A stretch of 64,000 bases of DNA from Mobula birostris. Its lineage: Eukaryota. The translations under genes were made by a program, and so were the position numbers. The notes beneath the pieces were generated by a model that was not told the origin of the DNA, did no database searches, and worked only from the letters and a program-made list of their open reading frames with translations. How positions within the stretch are numbered: the stretch's first letter is position 1; the number at the start of each line of letters is the position of its first letter. The stretch spans positions 98,045,604-98,109,603 of the forward strand of contig NC_092383.1 of NCBI RefSeq assembly GCF_030028105.1. Direction: 5' to 3'. Shown here piece after piece: positions 63,270 through 64,000 of the stretch.

Positions 63270-63715
63270 GAGACACAAGTGACTGAAGATGCTGGAATAT
63301 GGAGCAATTTTTCAGCAGTTCTTTTGATTTTTGTCATTTTTCTGCCTGAGTTTCAAACCATCAACCACCAGTCTGCCCATCATCCCTTCCTCAGCTGGCT
63401 CCACCAATCATGTGTCAGTCCCTTTCTCACCCCTCCCCCCCATCAATGCCCATCATCCCTTCCTCAGCTGGCTCCACCAATCACATGTCAGTCCCTTTCT
63501 CACCCCTCCCCATGCACATCATCACATCCTCCACTGGCTCCACCAATCAGGTGTCAGCCCCTGCCTCACCCCTCCCTCTTGCCCTTTTCCCTTGGCCCCC
63601 TCCCCTCGATGCCCTCAGTTCAGTTGCCGAGTCCTGATCTGAAATGTCGAACATCCTTCTGCCTCCTCAGATGTTGCTCAGCCAGCTGAGTTCCTCCAGC
63701 AGTTTGTTTTTTTTG
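63270..63715 (+). mobile_element. Degraded Penelope terminal fragments
   Basis: gaagatgctgga and cagctggctccacc repeats, a collapsed hammerhead remnant at ~63630, and gagttcctccagca. Confidence 0.5.
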
Positions 63716-64000
63716 CTGGTATGGGAGAGACTGAGGGTGGGGCTGCCCAGTGTTACAGAGAGGCTGGGGTCCTCTCACCCTGTGTACAGGAACCCCCTTC
63801 CCCACCTGTCTTCGGCCCAGGACCCCTGGAGTGTGCAGACTGTTCCTGTGTTACCCCAGAGTGGGACGAGCTCAGGTTGTTACCTCGGAGACAATATCCT
63901 CTTCCCTCATGACTGAGAGTTGGAAAGACGAGGTGTTTGAAGGCACTCCGGAAAATCCACTTCAGCTCAGCTCAGCTCAGAGTCCAAGCCATTTCTAGTG

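Noticed and set aside
62239-64000. Search for the receptor's signal-peptide exon or promoter
   Set aside because: I found no convincing ATG plus hydrophobic stretch plus phase-1 GT donor on the minus strand. It is probably outside the window or too short to recognise.

Overview
This is eukaryotic, transposon-saturated vertebrate genomic DNA. The mix of CR1, Rex1/Babar-like, Penelope, L1, Gypsy and hAT elements suggests a cartilaginous fish, probably a ray, but that is an inference. There are no operons, CRISPR arrays, tRNAs or rRNAs. The one host gene I can support is a minus-strand CD2/SLAM-family receptor, which I assembled by hand from five phase-compatible exons: Ig-V 62238-61915, Ig-C2 41560-41273, TM 31894-31751, cytoplasmic 31585-31497 and last coding exon 28365-28255. 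It has two ITSMs (TVYANI, TVYAAV) and a probable GC-AG intron. I did not find its leader exon. Other notable content: (1) a decayed gamma/epsilon-type endogenous retrovirus env plus 3' LTR at about 6.9-8.85 kb that the ORF track misses; (2) a family of Penelope-borne minimal hammerhead ribozymes, two with intact cores inside an inverted Penelope insertion in the receptor's 20-kb intron; (3) nested hAT elements and an 80-bp MITE; (4) a rearranged Gypsy element; (5) a Vingi/Ingi-like LINE tail just past the receptor stop codon; (6) several minisatellites, one with a 228-bp higher-order repeat. Boundaries of degraded repeats are approximate. TE family names come from recognising protein motifs by eye, not from database searches.
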